Of a DNA stretch of 64,000 nt, positions 29,651 through 40,026 are shown one piece after another. How positions within the stretch are numbered: the stretch's first letter is position 1; each line of letters begins with the position of its first letter. This stretch comes from Candidatus Thorarchaeota archaeon. GTDB taxonomy: Archaea > Asgardarchaeota > Thorarchaeia > Thorarchaeales > Thorarchaeaceae. The position numbers and the translations under genes are program-made. The stretch lies in contig JBHLQH010000002.1 in NCBI GenBank assembly GCA_048884965.1, forward strand, positions 134,935-198,934, in the 5' to 3' direction. The notes below the pieces were generated by a model. The model saw only the letters and a program-made list of their open reading frames with translations. It did not search any database and was not told the origin of the DNA.

Positions 29651-30352
29651 TTACATATCTACGTTATAGAGCGTCTTTATCTCATCTTTATTCAGGAAGT
29701 TCCAGAATGGTATGGCGAGAATGAGCCCAATGAGGGTCACCCCAAGGAAGACACAGAACAGGATGGACAACCAGTAAGCCCAAGACTCATATGTATACAT
29801 TCCAATTGCCTCGAAGAAGAGGAGGAGCCCGAGGATTACAGTAAGGGGATGGGGAATAAGGACAAGTATTAGTCCGATGAGAAGATAGATTACTGTAACT
29901 AGTAGGACACCTTCTTTTCGGGCCTCATTAATGGAAGGTTTTCGGGGTTTGACCGTTCGAGGAGTAGTAGCAGTACGACGAGTCGAGTGAGTGCCGTAGG
30001 AGGAGAAGATAGAATCCTCAGGTGTTGAAATGTCCTCAACAAATACAGAATCGGGAGAGGAATCTCTTGTTGGAACACGTTTGCCTATCTGTATTGATTC
30101 AGGCGGCTGAGCCTTCTCGTAGGTCGCTCGATATTCACCAGGTTTTGGCCTCTCGATCTTCTGAACGAGGAGCGTGTCACCATCAGAGATATAGTGAACG
30201 GCGCAGATTACGCTCATCCTTGGCTCTAACCCTGTAGCTGACTGATCATAGTACAGATGGACAATATCTCCTGCAGCGGTTTCCACGGTGATTGTGGAAT
30301 AGCCATCCTCGTCGACGATGTTAATGATCTGCCCAACTACCTTTCGAATCAC
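29651..30352 (-). CDS. Hypothetical membrane protein (N-terminal OB-like domain, linker, C-terminal TMs)
   Basis: 233-aa ORF with a hydrophobic C-terminal third. Confidence 0.65.
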   Translation of the reverse strand: MIRKVVGQIINIVDEDGYSTITVETAAGDIVHLYYDQSATGLEPRMSVICAVHYISDGDTLLVQKIERPKPGEYRATYEKAQPPESIQIGKRVPTRDSSPDSVFVEDISTPEDSIFSSYGTHSTRRTATTPRTVKPRKPSINEARKEGVLLVTVIYLLIGLILVLIPHPLTVILGLLLFFEAIGMYTYESWAYWLSILFCVFLGVTLIGLILAIPFWNFLNKDEIKTLYNVDM

Positions 30353-30688
30353 ATGAAGCTACTCCATAGCCAATTTCGTACAGCTCTATACCTGAGAGCA
30401 TATAAAATCGCACCTGAAAAGGTAGGATAACGATAGCTTGATGCAGATATTAGTTTGTGCCCACCAAGAGGAGGGCCAAATCGATCGAACTGGCGAGGCA
30501 GACTTTGGGGAGGTCTTAGTACCAATACCACTTGAATCGCTTTGACCCATCAGTTGATTCTTGACAGCATTGATAAACTCCTAGAGAATCATGAGTTGAT
30601 GGTAACAGATGCGTTGTTCGTGTTTGTGACAATAGATTCATAATCTCTCGTTGTGACCGGATATCATCGCTTGCGCAGAGGGAGACAC

Positions 30689-32287
30689 ATGGACCACTCC
30701 GAGGAAACCACTTTCGATAAGGAAATGTATCTTGAGATTCTACGAGACAATCCACCCATGAAACGCTATGTTTCTCGAGGGGATATTCCGGATGAGATTG
30801 ATATAGAGGGACCACATGAGGATGCCGATAATGCCATCTTCAGGATGCTCAGATTCGTGATGAGCGATTCGACCCCGAGATTCCAGCCGGTTCTAGGTTC
30901 TGCAGGAATGGGAAAGACCCATCTCTTTTGGGCATTGAAGGACAAAGAGAACTCCCTTCGGAAGGGGAGATACACAGCTGTATACGTTCCATCACCACCA
31001 GCCCCAGTTAGAGTTCCCCTTCATTTTCATGCCTGTATAGTTGACGAGATGGGGGAGGGTCTCTTTGAGAATGCTGTGGATATGCTCATCACAAAGTTTG
31101 GTGGTGTGAAGGGAGTGACCCATGAACTGTACGATTATACATATGCTCTTGAAAGACTTCTAGTAGAGTACCCGGGCATATCAGCTGATGTAGTGAAGGT
31201 CCTCCTGAGATACAGACTAGATCCTGCGCACAAGGACCTCGCACGACGATGGCTTCTAGGTGATGCATTAAGCGATACAGAGATCGAAAAGCTTGATGTC
31301 AGGACCATTCTTGAAGAGGATGATGTGACCTTTGCCACCTTGAAGCTACTCCTAGAAGGATCTGAAGAACCCATCATCATGTTCATTGATGAATTCGAGG
31401 GACCCTATAATACCCATGGAGAAGAAGGAGAAAGGCATTTCTTGGAGGTCATAAAGCGTCTCTATAACGAAGGGAAGAATGTTGTTATCGTCGCATCATG
31501 CCTGACCGAGATCTGGGAACGAATCTATAGTGCTGCAGATGGTCCCATGCGTTCCAGAATGGAACAGCCAGTGAGCCTTCGAGGATTTACCAAGGAAGAC
31601 ATCACCGAATTCATCTCCTCTGCAATGAAGATCTACTGGGACAACCAGAATATCGACCCGCCTGAGGATCTTCTCTTTCCTCTATCATCAAGCGATATTG
31701 AGGATGCATTCTCTCACTCCAAAGGAGTTCCAAGGGAAGCTCTGCGATACATCATTCCCAGAATCGATGAGATTCTCTTCGAAAAGGAACCCGAGCCTCT
31801 TGAGGAGCAGGCTGATTTTGTCATTAAGTTGACTGCACCGGTTATCATCAATGCAGTAGCGAAATCTCTTGAAGAAGCAGGAAAGGCAAAGGGTGTGACT
31901 ACGCAACTGATAGTCGCAAAAGGCGTAGCGGATCGAGAGGCGACAGCGATCCTAAGTCTGACACTTGACGACGTCACGAAAAAAGTATGCATCGATATCG
32001 CAAATGTGAAGGATTGGGATAGAAGTGGAGGAGTCGCAGCCTATTATTCAGTCAAGAGATTGCATGACATCGTTGACAACAAGGAAGCAGATCATGCCAT
32101 CATAGCAGTTCCAAAGGCTACCAGTGGAGCGAAATTCCAAGCTATGAGTGATGATATGGGAAAGAGTCTGACTACTTTGAAATTCGATGAGGAAACCGCA
32201 AGAGGATTAGTTGAGGCAGTGACTAAAGGAAGCATTTCATCTGATCAATTGGATAGATTCCAAAACATCATTGACAACCTCTTCTAA
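30689..32287 (+). CDS. AAA+/P-loop ATPase with C-terminal alpha/beta domain
   Basis: Walker A GSAGMGKT, Walker B IMFIDEFE, 'SRM' arginine-finger-like, 'GVPRE' sensor-2-like; track start 30653. Confidence 0.82.
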   Translation: MDHSEETTFDKEMYLEILRDNPPMKRYVSRGDIPDEIDIEGPHEDADNAIFRMLRFVMSDSTPRFQPVLGSAGMGKTHLFWALKDKENSLRKGRYTAVYVPSPPAPVRVPLHFHACIVDEMGEGLFENAVDMLITKFGGVKGVTHELYDYTYALERLLVEYPGISADVVKVLLRYRLDPAHKDLARRWLLGDALSDTEIEKLDVRTILEEDDVTFATLKLLLEGSEEPIIMFIDEFEGPYNTHGEEGERHFLEVIKRLYNEGKNVVIVASCLTEIWERIYSAADGPMRSRMEQPVSLRGFTKEDITEFISSAMKIYWDNQNIDPPEDLLFPLSSSDIEDAFSHSKGVPREALRYIIPRIDEILFEKEPEPLEEQADFVIKLTAPVIINAVAKSLEEAGKAKGVTTQLIVAKGVADREATAILSLTLDDVTKKVCIDIANVKDWDRSGGVAAYYSVKRLHDIVDNKEADHAIIAVPKATSGAKFQAMSDDMGKSLTTLKFDEETARGLVEAVTKGSISSDQLDRFQNIIDNLF

Positions 32288-32345
32288 GCATGAATAGTGC
32301 TATGTATGAATCCTACATTTGCTTTAATACTAAAACGATGAGTGT

Positions 32346-33767
32346 ATGGGTGGGAGATTTACCATGCACGCGATAAAGAGAGTAGCGATGACTATATGGG
32401 TCATCTCAATGCTTCTAATGCCCTTCGCTTCAATCCCCTTGGTGAGTTCATACACACCCGGAGATGAAGCAGAGATGTTTGGACACACCTTTACTGAGGA
32501 ATATTGGACGAATGATTCAATCACGATAGAGGATGACAACAACAACGAAGCCACCTTTACAGCATCGTATGTCGGAAAAGATAACTTTTCTGCCTTCTTG
32601 ATTGCCTTCAACAAACTTGTGGCAAATGATAGCAGGGAATACATTCTGCCCTATCAGCTGTTTGGCATGCACTTCTTGACTCCAGAGAATCAAGAAGTAT
32701 TCATCGGAGCCATCTTTGCATTCCTAATGGTGCATAATGAGAGCTATGGAGATAACAACCTTCCAGATGTAGGGAACGAGAAGGCTTGGTACATCCTACC
32801 AATCTCATCATTGAATCCTTGGAATGATGTCACACCTTTAGTCGAACCGATTCCTGCAGAGAAATTGGGAGAGAACCACTATAGATTCGGTATGCGTTAT
32901 GTCAACATGAGCGCTCGAGTCGTAGATGCAACTTCCCCAGGAGGGTTCTTCGCCTCATTGCTAATACCATTGGTCACAGTGTTATTCAGCGAAATCGTGA
33001 TAGAATATGACATAACAATTGATCCAAGTACAGGTCAAGTCCATGCTGAAACATTATACACAATTGGGCAGGTAACCAGAGCGCGGTTGTTTCTGGATAT
33101 CTTTGAAGTGGATCCCAGAGAGATCATCAATGAAACAATGGCAATCAGTGCTGTTCATTATCTCTCGATATTCACTAGCAATTACAAGGTGACTAATTCA
33201 GGAACGGGAAATGTGATTCAAGCACCTACTGCAACTACTCCAATAAATGAGAACATATCCATCAAAATCGGTGATGATGATGAACGAGCCTTTGATATTG
33301 GACTAGGAAGAAACTATGCTTTAATCAACGAATCAACAACTCCTTGGACTACGGTATCAGATGATGAAACCGCCCTGAATGCATTATTGGGAGCGAGAGC
33401 AGGAGACTTCCTCTTAATCGCTTGGCAAGCTCCACTCTCAGCATTCCTCTTTGCACATGCTGCCTATGCTCTATCAGAGCAGATCAGATCGACCTATGCC
33501 AATGTTGGAGAACTCGTTCACAATGCTGGTACAGCATTTCATAGCAGCCAATGGTGGTATGGTGTATCATTCTCGGAATGGAATGGTCTACGCGTACAAC
33601 AAGATCCAGTATATGTGGCGTATACGAACATTCAGGAGCCAACATCACCTACCACTGATACAGGAACCACTCCACCACCTGAAGATGGTGGCGCGGGAGG
33701 TCTAGTACTTCTTGCAATTATAGCAGTGGGAGTTCTATGCTTGGTTGCTGTGATGAAACGTAGATAG
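32346..33767 (+). CDS. Secreted, C-terminally membrane-anchored hypothetical protein
   Basis: Signal peptide; T/P-rich linker; TM + KRR. Confidence 0.8.
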   Translation: MGGRFTMHAIKRVAMTIWVISMLLMPFASIPLVSSYTPGDEAEMFGHTFTEEYWTNDSITIEDDNNNEATFTASYVGKDNFSAFLIAFNKLVANDSREYILPYQLFGMHFLTPENQEVFIGAIFAFLMVHNESYGDNNLPDVGNEKAWYILPISSLNPWNDVTPLVEPIPAEKLGENHYRFGMRYVNMSARVVDATSPGGFFASLLIPLVTVLFSEIVIEYDITIDPSTGQVHAETLYTIGQVTRARLFLDIFEVDPREIINETMAISAVHYLSIFTSNYKVTNSGTGNVIQAPTATTPINENISIKIGDDDERAFDIGLGRNYALINESTTPWTTVSDDETALNALLGARAGDFLLIAWQAPLSAFLFAHAAYALSEQIRSTYANVGELVHNAGTAFHSSQWWYGVSFSEWNGLRVQQDPVYVAYTNIQEPTSPTTDTGTTPPPEDGGAGGLVLLAIIAVGVLCLVAVMKRR

Positions 33768-33776
33768 TAAATTCAG

Positions 33777-33822
33777 TTCAGAGGGATGCTTTCTTGCTTC
33801 CTTCTGGACGCTTCTTTCTTTT
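33777..33822 (+). terminator. Hairpin + U tract
   Basis: TTCAGAGGGA/TCCTTCTGGA stem (with G-U pairs) then CTTCTTTCTTTT, 10 nt after the stop codon. Confidence 0.55.
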
Positions 33823-33871
33823 ACCTCTCTACACATAACTTTCAAGAGGGAATATTACCACTTCAATAAGG

Positions 33872-35242
33872 ATGAAGTCTGATTTGAAGGACCCACTAAA
33901 ACCAGCAAAGGACGCCATGAAAGCAGGATCCTATGATGAGGCAGTGGGATTACTATCAGACATCATAGCCCAATACTCTGATGATTCAGAAACATATATG
34001 GAAGCTTTAGTGGCGATAGGCGAGATTCATTGGCAACGAGGTAACTATGATGCGTCAACTGCTTCGCTTGAGAGAGCGAGGGACTTGGGAATTCGACATG
34101 GACGGATGGACCTTAGTGGTTGGGCGTTACGACTGATTGGGAACGTTCTTTTCGATCAAGGGTTTCCTGACCAAGCGGAGGATTACTATCTGCGTTCTCT
34201 TGGTTTGTTCAAGGAAATAGGTGAGAAGAAGGGCATTGCAAGATGCTACAACAATCTTGGAGTTGCAAATGCGGAACGAGGCGAATATGACAAAGCGTTA
34301 GATTACTATAACCGTGCGTTGAATATGTACAAGGATCTCAAAGATCAAGTAGGAGAGGGAGCTGTAATCAATAATCTTGGTGAGATTTATCGCTTTAGAG
34401 GAGAATATACTGATGCTGAATATCTCTATCAACGGTCGCTCAAATCAGACCAAGAGATTGGTGACCTATATGGTCAGGCATTGTGTTGGGGCAATCTAGG
34501 AGCAGTATCTCTGGGTATCAAGGATTTCAAGGAAGCAGAGAAGAGAGTGACAACGTCCCTGAACATCTTTGATGACTTGGGAACAAGAGATCTCGTCTAT
34601 GTGGATATTTGTGGTCTCATGGTGAGTATCCTATCACAAACGAAGAGGTATGAAGAAGGACAGGAATACCTTGACAAGATGTGGGCTGCTGAAGCCAACC
34701 TGAGATCTGAGTTTGCAACAAGCATCTGCGAATACTATGGAGGCGTTCTGGCACAGAGGAGCGGAAATCTACACACCGCAAGAAAACACTACATCCGGTG
34801 TCTGGAGCTGACAGAAGGGAGGGTCTTTGAGTACCAATTGCTATCATTAATTCAGTTAGTCGAGCTCGAGCTTCAGACTTACAGAATCACTCAAGAAGAA
34901 GAGTATCTTGAGAGGATGGAAGAGAGATTAGCACAGACCCTCAATCTCGCTGAGAACACGAATTCCTATGGTGCACAAGTACAACTGATGATGCTACACG
35001 GATTGCTACGAATGGAGAACCAGCAGTTCTTGAAGGCACTAGAAGAACTGGCGAAGGCCAGAGAGCTGGGATTTCTCAAGGGATTCAACACACGTGTCGA
35101 TCTTATTGACAAGCATATTGAGAGAGTCAATAGACGAATAGATGCTTCAATCAATCCGGCCACTGAAAGTGTTGATCAGAAAGTGAAGCGGCTTCAGGAC
35201 TATATCGAGGAGTGCCAACGAGTGGTCCTTGCTAGCAAGTGA
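33872..35242 (+). CDS. Tetratricopeptide repeat protein
   Basis: ~40-aa TPR-like repeats ('ARCYNNLGVANAERGEYDKALDYYNRAL'). Confidence 0.9.
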   Translation: MKSDLKDPLKPAKDAMKAGSYDEAVGLLSDIIAQYSDDSETYMEALVAIGEIHWQRGNYDASTASLERARDLGIRHGRMDLSGWALRLIGNVLFDQGFPDQAEDYYLRSLGLFKEIGEKKGIARCYNNLGVANAERGEYDKALDYYNRALNMYKDLKDQVGEGAVINNLGEIYRFRGEYTDAEYLYQRSLKSDQEIGDLYGQALCWGNLGAVSLGIKDFKEAEKRVTTSLNIFDDLGTRDLVYVDICGLMVSILSQTKRYEEGQEYLDKMWAAEANLRSEFATSICEYYGGVLAQRSGNLHTARKHYIRCLELTEGRVFEYQLLSLIQLVELELQTYRITQEEEYLERMEERLAQTLNLAENTNSYGAQVQLMMLHGLLRMENQQFLKALEELAKARELGFLKGFNTRVDLIDKHIERVNRRIDASINPATESVDQKVKRLQDYIEECQRVVLASK

Positions 35243-35493
35243 TGATGTACACTTTCGAGCAGGAACTTTTAAGTCAAGTTGAATTTGCGAAATGAATGAG
35301 ATGATTATAGTGAGGAATTGCGTTCATCCGAGGCGATTGTGTTCATCTATAGCCTCTACCAACTAACTCTATGGCAACTCCCCTTAGTCGACTCTATTTT
35401 TGATTGTCTTTCTATATGCTTTCTAGCTATGCTAGAACTCGCACTAGTCCAAGGCAATCTACTTACTCAGATAATTCAACAAGGTGAGATAGT

Positions 35494-36471
35494 GTGAATA
35501 AGGTCAAACTGGCTTTACCAAAGGGACACTTGAGTGATGAAACACTCCGCATCTTCACGGAAGCGGGCTACAGTATCAGTGGGTCTGGACGAACCTATTG
35601 TCCTCGAATAAATGATGAGCATATCACACTTCGAATCCTACGCCCCCAAGAGATTCCTCTGTATGTACAAGAAGGTCTTATCGACATCGGAATCACTGGC
35701 AAGGATTGGATCAGGGAAACCAATGCAGAAGTGGACATTCTAATCGACCTAGAGTACTCAAAGGTAAGATTGGTCTTAGCAGTACCCAAAGAGTGGTCGG
35801 ATGTGAATTCACTCTCTGATCTACTCGAGAAAAGAATAGGGGAAGGACGAAATGTCAAAATATCAACAGAGTACCTCAATATAGCTGAGGCATTCATCAA
35901 AGAGATGCCAGCTTATGTTGAAGCCTTTGCGACCATGCGTCCATCCATGATTACTCCTTGGTGGTCTAGAAGAGAGAATGAGCGCGTTAGAATAATCTTG
36001 TCCTTCGGTGCGACAGAAGCAAAACCTCTGGTTGATGCCGATGCGATTCTGGAGGTAGTGGATACAGGGACCTCTCTTGACCAGAACGGACTGAAAGTGA
36101 TCGAGGTCGTTATGGATTCTTCAGCAGTGCTTATTGCGAACAAATCGGTATCTTCAACCCTTTGCAAAGCTGAGAAGACTGCGGACATCGTTACCTTACT
36201 TCGAGGAGTAGTAGAGGCTAGAAAGAAGCTACACATCTTTGTCAATGTGAGAGAGGATGATCTAGAGGACTTACTAGGTACCCTACCAGCTCTGAAGACT
36301 CCAACTATCTCTAAGCTTGCAGGAGAGGGTTGGTGCGCAATAAATACAGTGATTGATCGAGAAGAATTCCTGAGTATCATGCCAACAATGAGAAGACTAG
36401 CACAAGGACTCGTAGTATATGAACCCAGGCAAATTCTACCACTAGAATCAGTTCAATCAGGAGGCGAGTAA
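35494..36471 (+). CDS. hisG: ATP phosphoribosyltransferase (long form)
   Basis: 'LALPKG', 'RPQEIP', 'DIGITGKDW', 'GATEA', 'DTGTSL..NGL'; C-terminal regulatory domain. Confidence 0.95.
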   Translation: MNKVKLALPKGHLSDETLRIFTEAGYSISGSGRTYCPRINDEHITLRILRPQEIPLYVQEGLIDIGITGKDWIRETNAEVDILIDLEYSKVRLVLAVPKEWSDVNSLSDLLEKRIGEGRNVKISTEYLNIAEAFIKEMPAYVEAFATMRPSMITPWWSRRENERVRIILSFGATEAKPLVDADAILEVVDTGTSLDQNGLKVIEVVMDSSAVLIANKSVSSTLCKAEKTADIVTLLRGVVEARKKLHIFVNVREDDLEDLLGTLPALKTPTISKLAGEGWCAINTVIDREEFLSIMPTMRRLAQGLVVYEPRQILPLESVQSGGE

Positions 36472-36472
36472 A

Positions 36473-37768
36473 GTGGTTAATAGCACAATTCGAATGACAA
36501 CAATCTATCCTGCGGATGTCATTGAATCACGATGGCCAAACAAAAGGGATGAAGATAGTCTGGAATCCAGAGTAAGAGATATCCTTCAAGATATAGTGCT
36601 GAACGGAGATGCCGCGTTGCTTCAATATACGTCAAGATTCGATGGGATTGAGATTCAATTAAGGGACCTACAGGTTGATCAGTCAGAGATTGATGATGCA
36701 TACGCGAAAGTAACACGAACACAGGTCGACGCACTCAAGGAATCCATTGAGCGACTCAGAGTTATCTCTGAGTCCATTCTTGAACGGCTGAACTTTGGTG
36801 TTGCATTTAAAGCATTGAGGGTAGATGTTCGCACATCATCCATACCATCTGTAGGCTGCTATATTCCCGGAGGGACGGCAGATTATCCAAGCTCAGTACT
36901 GATGTGTGCGGTCCCAGCACTAGTGGCTGGTGTGAAGCGTATAGTAATCTGCACTCCTCCTAATGAGGATGGAAGTATCAATCCATTAACCCTTGTGGCA
37001 AGCGATCTCTGTGGAGTAGAAGAAATCTATCGAGTTGGCGGTGCTCAGGCTATAGCAGCATTAGCCTATGGGACTAAAACTATCTTGCCTGTAACGAAGA
37101 TTGTTGGACCAGGTAACAAGTATGTCACTATGGCCAAACGTCTTGTGTCGAAGGATATTCCTATCGATATGCCTGCTGGACCAAGCGAGCTAGTAATCCT
37201 AGCTGATAGCTCTGCTAATCCTATGTTGCTCGCGCTTGATCTCTTATCGCAGGCAGAGCATGATGTAGATGCCAAAGTTGTTCTCGTCACAAATAGCAAG
37301 CGCCTCGCTAAACAGGTAGTTGCAATCCTAGAGGAACTGTACGGACAAATCAATCGAAGGAATTTCATCGAGCAGGCGCTCGCTAAGAATGGACTGATCT
37401 ATGTCTACGAATCTCTTGAGGATGGTATCAGATTCATCAATCAATTCGCTCCAGAACATCTTATGATAATCTCAGAAGCAGCATCACAGATTAAACGGAG
37501 GATAACCTCATGTGGCTTGGTACTCATAGGATCGAACTCACCAGTTGCTGCCAGTGACTATATGCTGGGAGTCAATCATGTTCTCCCCACTAATGGATAT
37601 GCCAAGGTGTTTTCAGGTCTTTCAGTGTTGGACTTTGTAACAGTGATCAATGAAGTCAAGTGCACCAAGACAGGACTTGCCCTAGCGGAACCCTATGCAA
37701 CACTTCTCGCAGAGATTGAAGGATTGACGAACCACGCAAGTGCAATTCGAGGGAGGTGGGGAGAATGA
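36473..37768 (+). CDS. hisD: Histidinol dehydrogenase
   Basis: 'GCYIPGG', 'GGAQAIAALAYG', 'IDMPAGPSE', 'SQAEHD', 'APEHL', 'NHVLPT'. Confidence 0.97.
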   Translation: MVNSTIRMTTIYPADVIESRWPNKRDEDSLESRVRDILQDIVLNGDAALLQYTSRFDGIEIQLRDLQVDQSEIDDAYAKVTRTQVDALKESIERLRVISESILERLNFGVAFKALRVDVRTSSIPSVGCYIPGGTADYPSSVLMCAVPALVAGVKRIVICTPPNEDGSINPLTLVASDLCGVEEIYRVGGAQAIAALAYGTKTILPVTKIVGPGNKYVTMAKRLVSKDIPIDMPAGPSELVILADSSANPMLLALDLLSQAEHDVDAKVVLVTNSKRLAKQVVAILEELYGQINRRNFIEQALAKNGLIYVYESLEDGIRFINQFAPEHLMIISEAASQIKRRITSCGLVLIGSNSPVAASDYMLGVNHVLPTNGYAKVFSGLSVLDFVTVINEVKCTKTGLALAEPYATLLAEIEGLTNHASAIRGRWGE

Positions 37769-38847
37769 AACAAGGAACTGAATACTCACCTCAAGGATAT
37801 GATCCGGGAAAAGGGATGAACGAGATCGCTACTAAGTTGTCTCTAAATCCTTATGAAATTGTAAAGCTTGATGCTAATGAGAACATGTTCATCCCTCGCT
37901 CGTTCCTTCAACAGCTAATGATCAAGACTGCAAAGGAGCTTGATCCTAGATTCTATGGAATCGATGAAAAGAATGGGCTACAAAAGAGGATAGCAGCATA
38001 TGAGGAAGTCTCGTTCAATGACATTCTGATTGGGGCAGGAGCGGATCAACTGATAGATCTCGTAATCAAAGCATTTGCTACGAACGGGGATAGGGTCTTC
38101 TCACTTGAACCAACCTTCTCTATGTACCAAGCATGTGCCTATAGTAATGGCATACCCTACAAAGCGATTCCGCTCACAAAGGCATTCGCTTTGGATATCG
38201 ATGCGCTTCTATCTGAAATTGATGCAATGACGGGTATCTGCTTCATCTGCTCGCCAAATAATCCGACATCGAATCAGTTTGCACTACGGGATATCGAGAA
38301 AGTCTGTCAATCCTTCAAGGGTATTGTTGTCGTTGACGAAACCTATGTTGCATTCGCGGATTATTCCACGAAGGAACTGCTGAAATCATATTCGAACCTA
38401 TTGATTCTGAGAAGCTTCTCAAAATCATGGGGCATCGCTGGTCTGAGATTAGGCTATCTTCTAGCAAGTGAAGGTCTCTGCGGTATTCTCAACTTGAGGT
38501 TCCAACTACCATATCCGGCATCTTCCTTTGCAATGGCTCTAGGAGAGAAACTTATCGACCTGTCCAAGTATATCAGCCTAATCACTGACAAGGTCAAGGC
38601 AGAAAGAGAATTGGTGATCAAGAAATTGAATGGTCTATCAGGCGTACGTGCGTTCCAATCGAAGACAAACTTCATTCTCTTCTCTGTACCGCGCGTTTCA
38701 TCGGAGATCTCAAGATCACTCATGAAGGAGGGGATACTTGTACGAGATTTAGGGAAAGTTGGACATGTAGAGGACTGCCTAAGAATCACAGTACCTCCAA
38801 GAGAAGTGGGGGAAAGGTTCATCGAGAGGCTGGAGGCAGTGCTATGA
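37765..38847 (+). CDS. hisC: Histidinol-phosphate aminotransferase
   Basis: 'KLDANEN', 'SPNNPT', 'VDETY', 'RSFSKSWGIAGLRLGY'; ATGA overlap with hisD. Confidence 0.95.
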   Translation: MKQGTEYSPQGYDPGKGMNEIATKLSLNPYEIVKLDANENMFIPRSFLQQLMIKTAKELDPRFYGIDEKNGLQKRIAAYEEVSFNDILIGAGADQLIDLVIKAFATNGDRVFSLEPTFSMYQACAYSNGIPYKAIPLTKAFALDIDALLSEIDAMTGICFICSPNNPTSNQFALRDIEKVCQSFKGIVVVDETYVAFADYSTKELLKSYSNLLILRSFSKSWGIAGLRLGYLLASEGLCGILNLRFQLPYPASSFAMALGEKLIDLSKYISLITDKVKAERELVIKKLNGLSGVRAFQSKTNFILFSVPRVSSEISRSLMKEGILVRDLGKVGHVEDCLRITVPPREVGERFIERLEAVL

Positions 38848-39422
38848 TTCGCCTTAGTGAATCTTCTAGGACGACGAAAGAAACCCAGATTGCTGTCAAA
38901 GTCGATCTTGATGGAACTGGAATCTCGTCAATCGATCTGGAACCAGTCTTCTTCAGGCACATGCTGGAAGCAATATCAACCCATAGCCTGATTGACATTG
39001 ATATCACTGCAAGAGGAGACCTATCTCATCACATTGTTGAAGATACAGCCATTGTGTTGGGGAGGTGCATAAGAAAGGCAATAGATAATGGCTCATACAT
39101 CCGACGATTCGGATACGCAATTGTGCCAATGGACTGTGCTCGGACGCTTGCATGTCTCGATCTTGCAAAGAGACCATACTCGATAATAGATCTCCAACTG
39201 AAGGGGGAACACATAGAGGATATGATGTCTGAGGATGTTCAACACTTCTTTGCGAGTCTAGCCCAATCACTCGAAGCTTCTATCCACTTGGTTAGTGAAT
39301 GTGGAGCTAACGACCATCACAAGGTGGAGTCTGCATGCAAAGCAATGGCTCTAGCCTTGAGAGAGGGCATAGTACAGGACCTTCGAAGACAAGGAGTGCC
39401 TAGCTCGAAAGGAGTGCTTTAG
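38844..39422 (+). CDS. hisB: Imidazoleglycerol-phosphate dehydratase (monofunctional)
   Basis: 'RTTKETQI', 'HHIVED', 'NDHHKVE', 'PSSKGVL'. Confidence 0.96.
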   Translation: MIRLSESSRTTKETQIAVKVDLDGTGISSIDLEPVFFRHMLEAISTHSLIDIDITARGDLSHHIVEDTAIVLGRCIRKAIDNGSYIRRFGYAIVPMDCARTLACLDLAKRPYSIIDLQLKGEHIEDMMSEDVQHFFASLAQSLEASIHLVSECGANDHHKVESACKAMALALREGIVQDLRRQGVPSSKGVL

Positions 39423-39423
39423 A

Positions 39424-40026
39424 ATGAAGGCGACAATTATCAGTCTAGGAGCAGGCAATCTCCTGAGTATTCAGCGAGGGTTTGAGAGAGCAGGACTGTC
39501 TATCGAGATGATATCAAGTCCAACAAACATGAAGGATACTTCCTGCATCATACTGCCAGGAGTTGGAAATTTCGGATATATTTGCGAGCAACTGGAACCG
39601 TTCAGGGATCTCATCATTGCTCATGCAAATGATGGTCTTCCACTCTTTGGCATATGTCTCGGGATGCAGTTACTGTTTGAGAGAAGCGAAGAGGGAGATG
39701 GAAAGGGATTAGGTCTCTTCGAAGGTGAATCACGGAGATTTGGTGACTCATTGATAGTCCCACACATGGGCTGGAATGGTGTTCAAATCGAGGGATCCAG
39801 TGAATTGCTTGAAAATACAGACTCTGGAACAGATTTCTATTTCATTCACTCCTACTATATACCTATCACAAATAGCCGCGAAGAGATTGGGATCACGGAA
39901 TATGGAACCGATTTCGTTTCAATTATCCAGAGGGAGAACATCATTGGGACTCAATTCCATCCTGAGCGATCAGGGATTGCAGGTCGAATACTCATTGAGG
40001 ACTTTGTAGAATTCCTGAGGAGGTGA
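39424..40026 (+). CDS. hisH: Imidazole glycerol phosphate synthase, glutaminase subunit
   Basis: 'LPGVG', 'GICLGMQ', 'PHMGWN', 'QFHPERS'. Confidence 0.97.
   Translation: MKATIISLGAGNLLSIQRGFERAGLSIEMISSPTNMKDTSCIILPGVGNFGYICEQLEPFRDLIIAHANDGLPLFGICLGMQLLFERSEEGDGKGLGLFEGESRRFGDSLIVPHMGWNGVQIEGSSELLENTDSGTDFYFIHSYYIPITNSREEIGITEYGTDFVSIIQRENIIGTQFHPERSGIAGRILIEDFVEFLRR

Noticed and set aside
30349-30815. Short ORFs or a possible ncRNA in the ~340-nt divergent spacer
   Set aside because: No recognisable tRNA, SRP or riboswitch fold; the ORFs lack motifs and one overlaps the ATPase start
30689-32287. BREX or other defence island
   Set aside because: No methylase, PglZ, nuclease or other defence gene nearby
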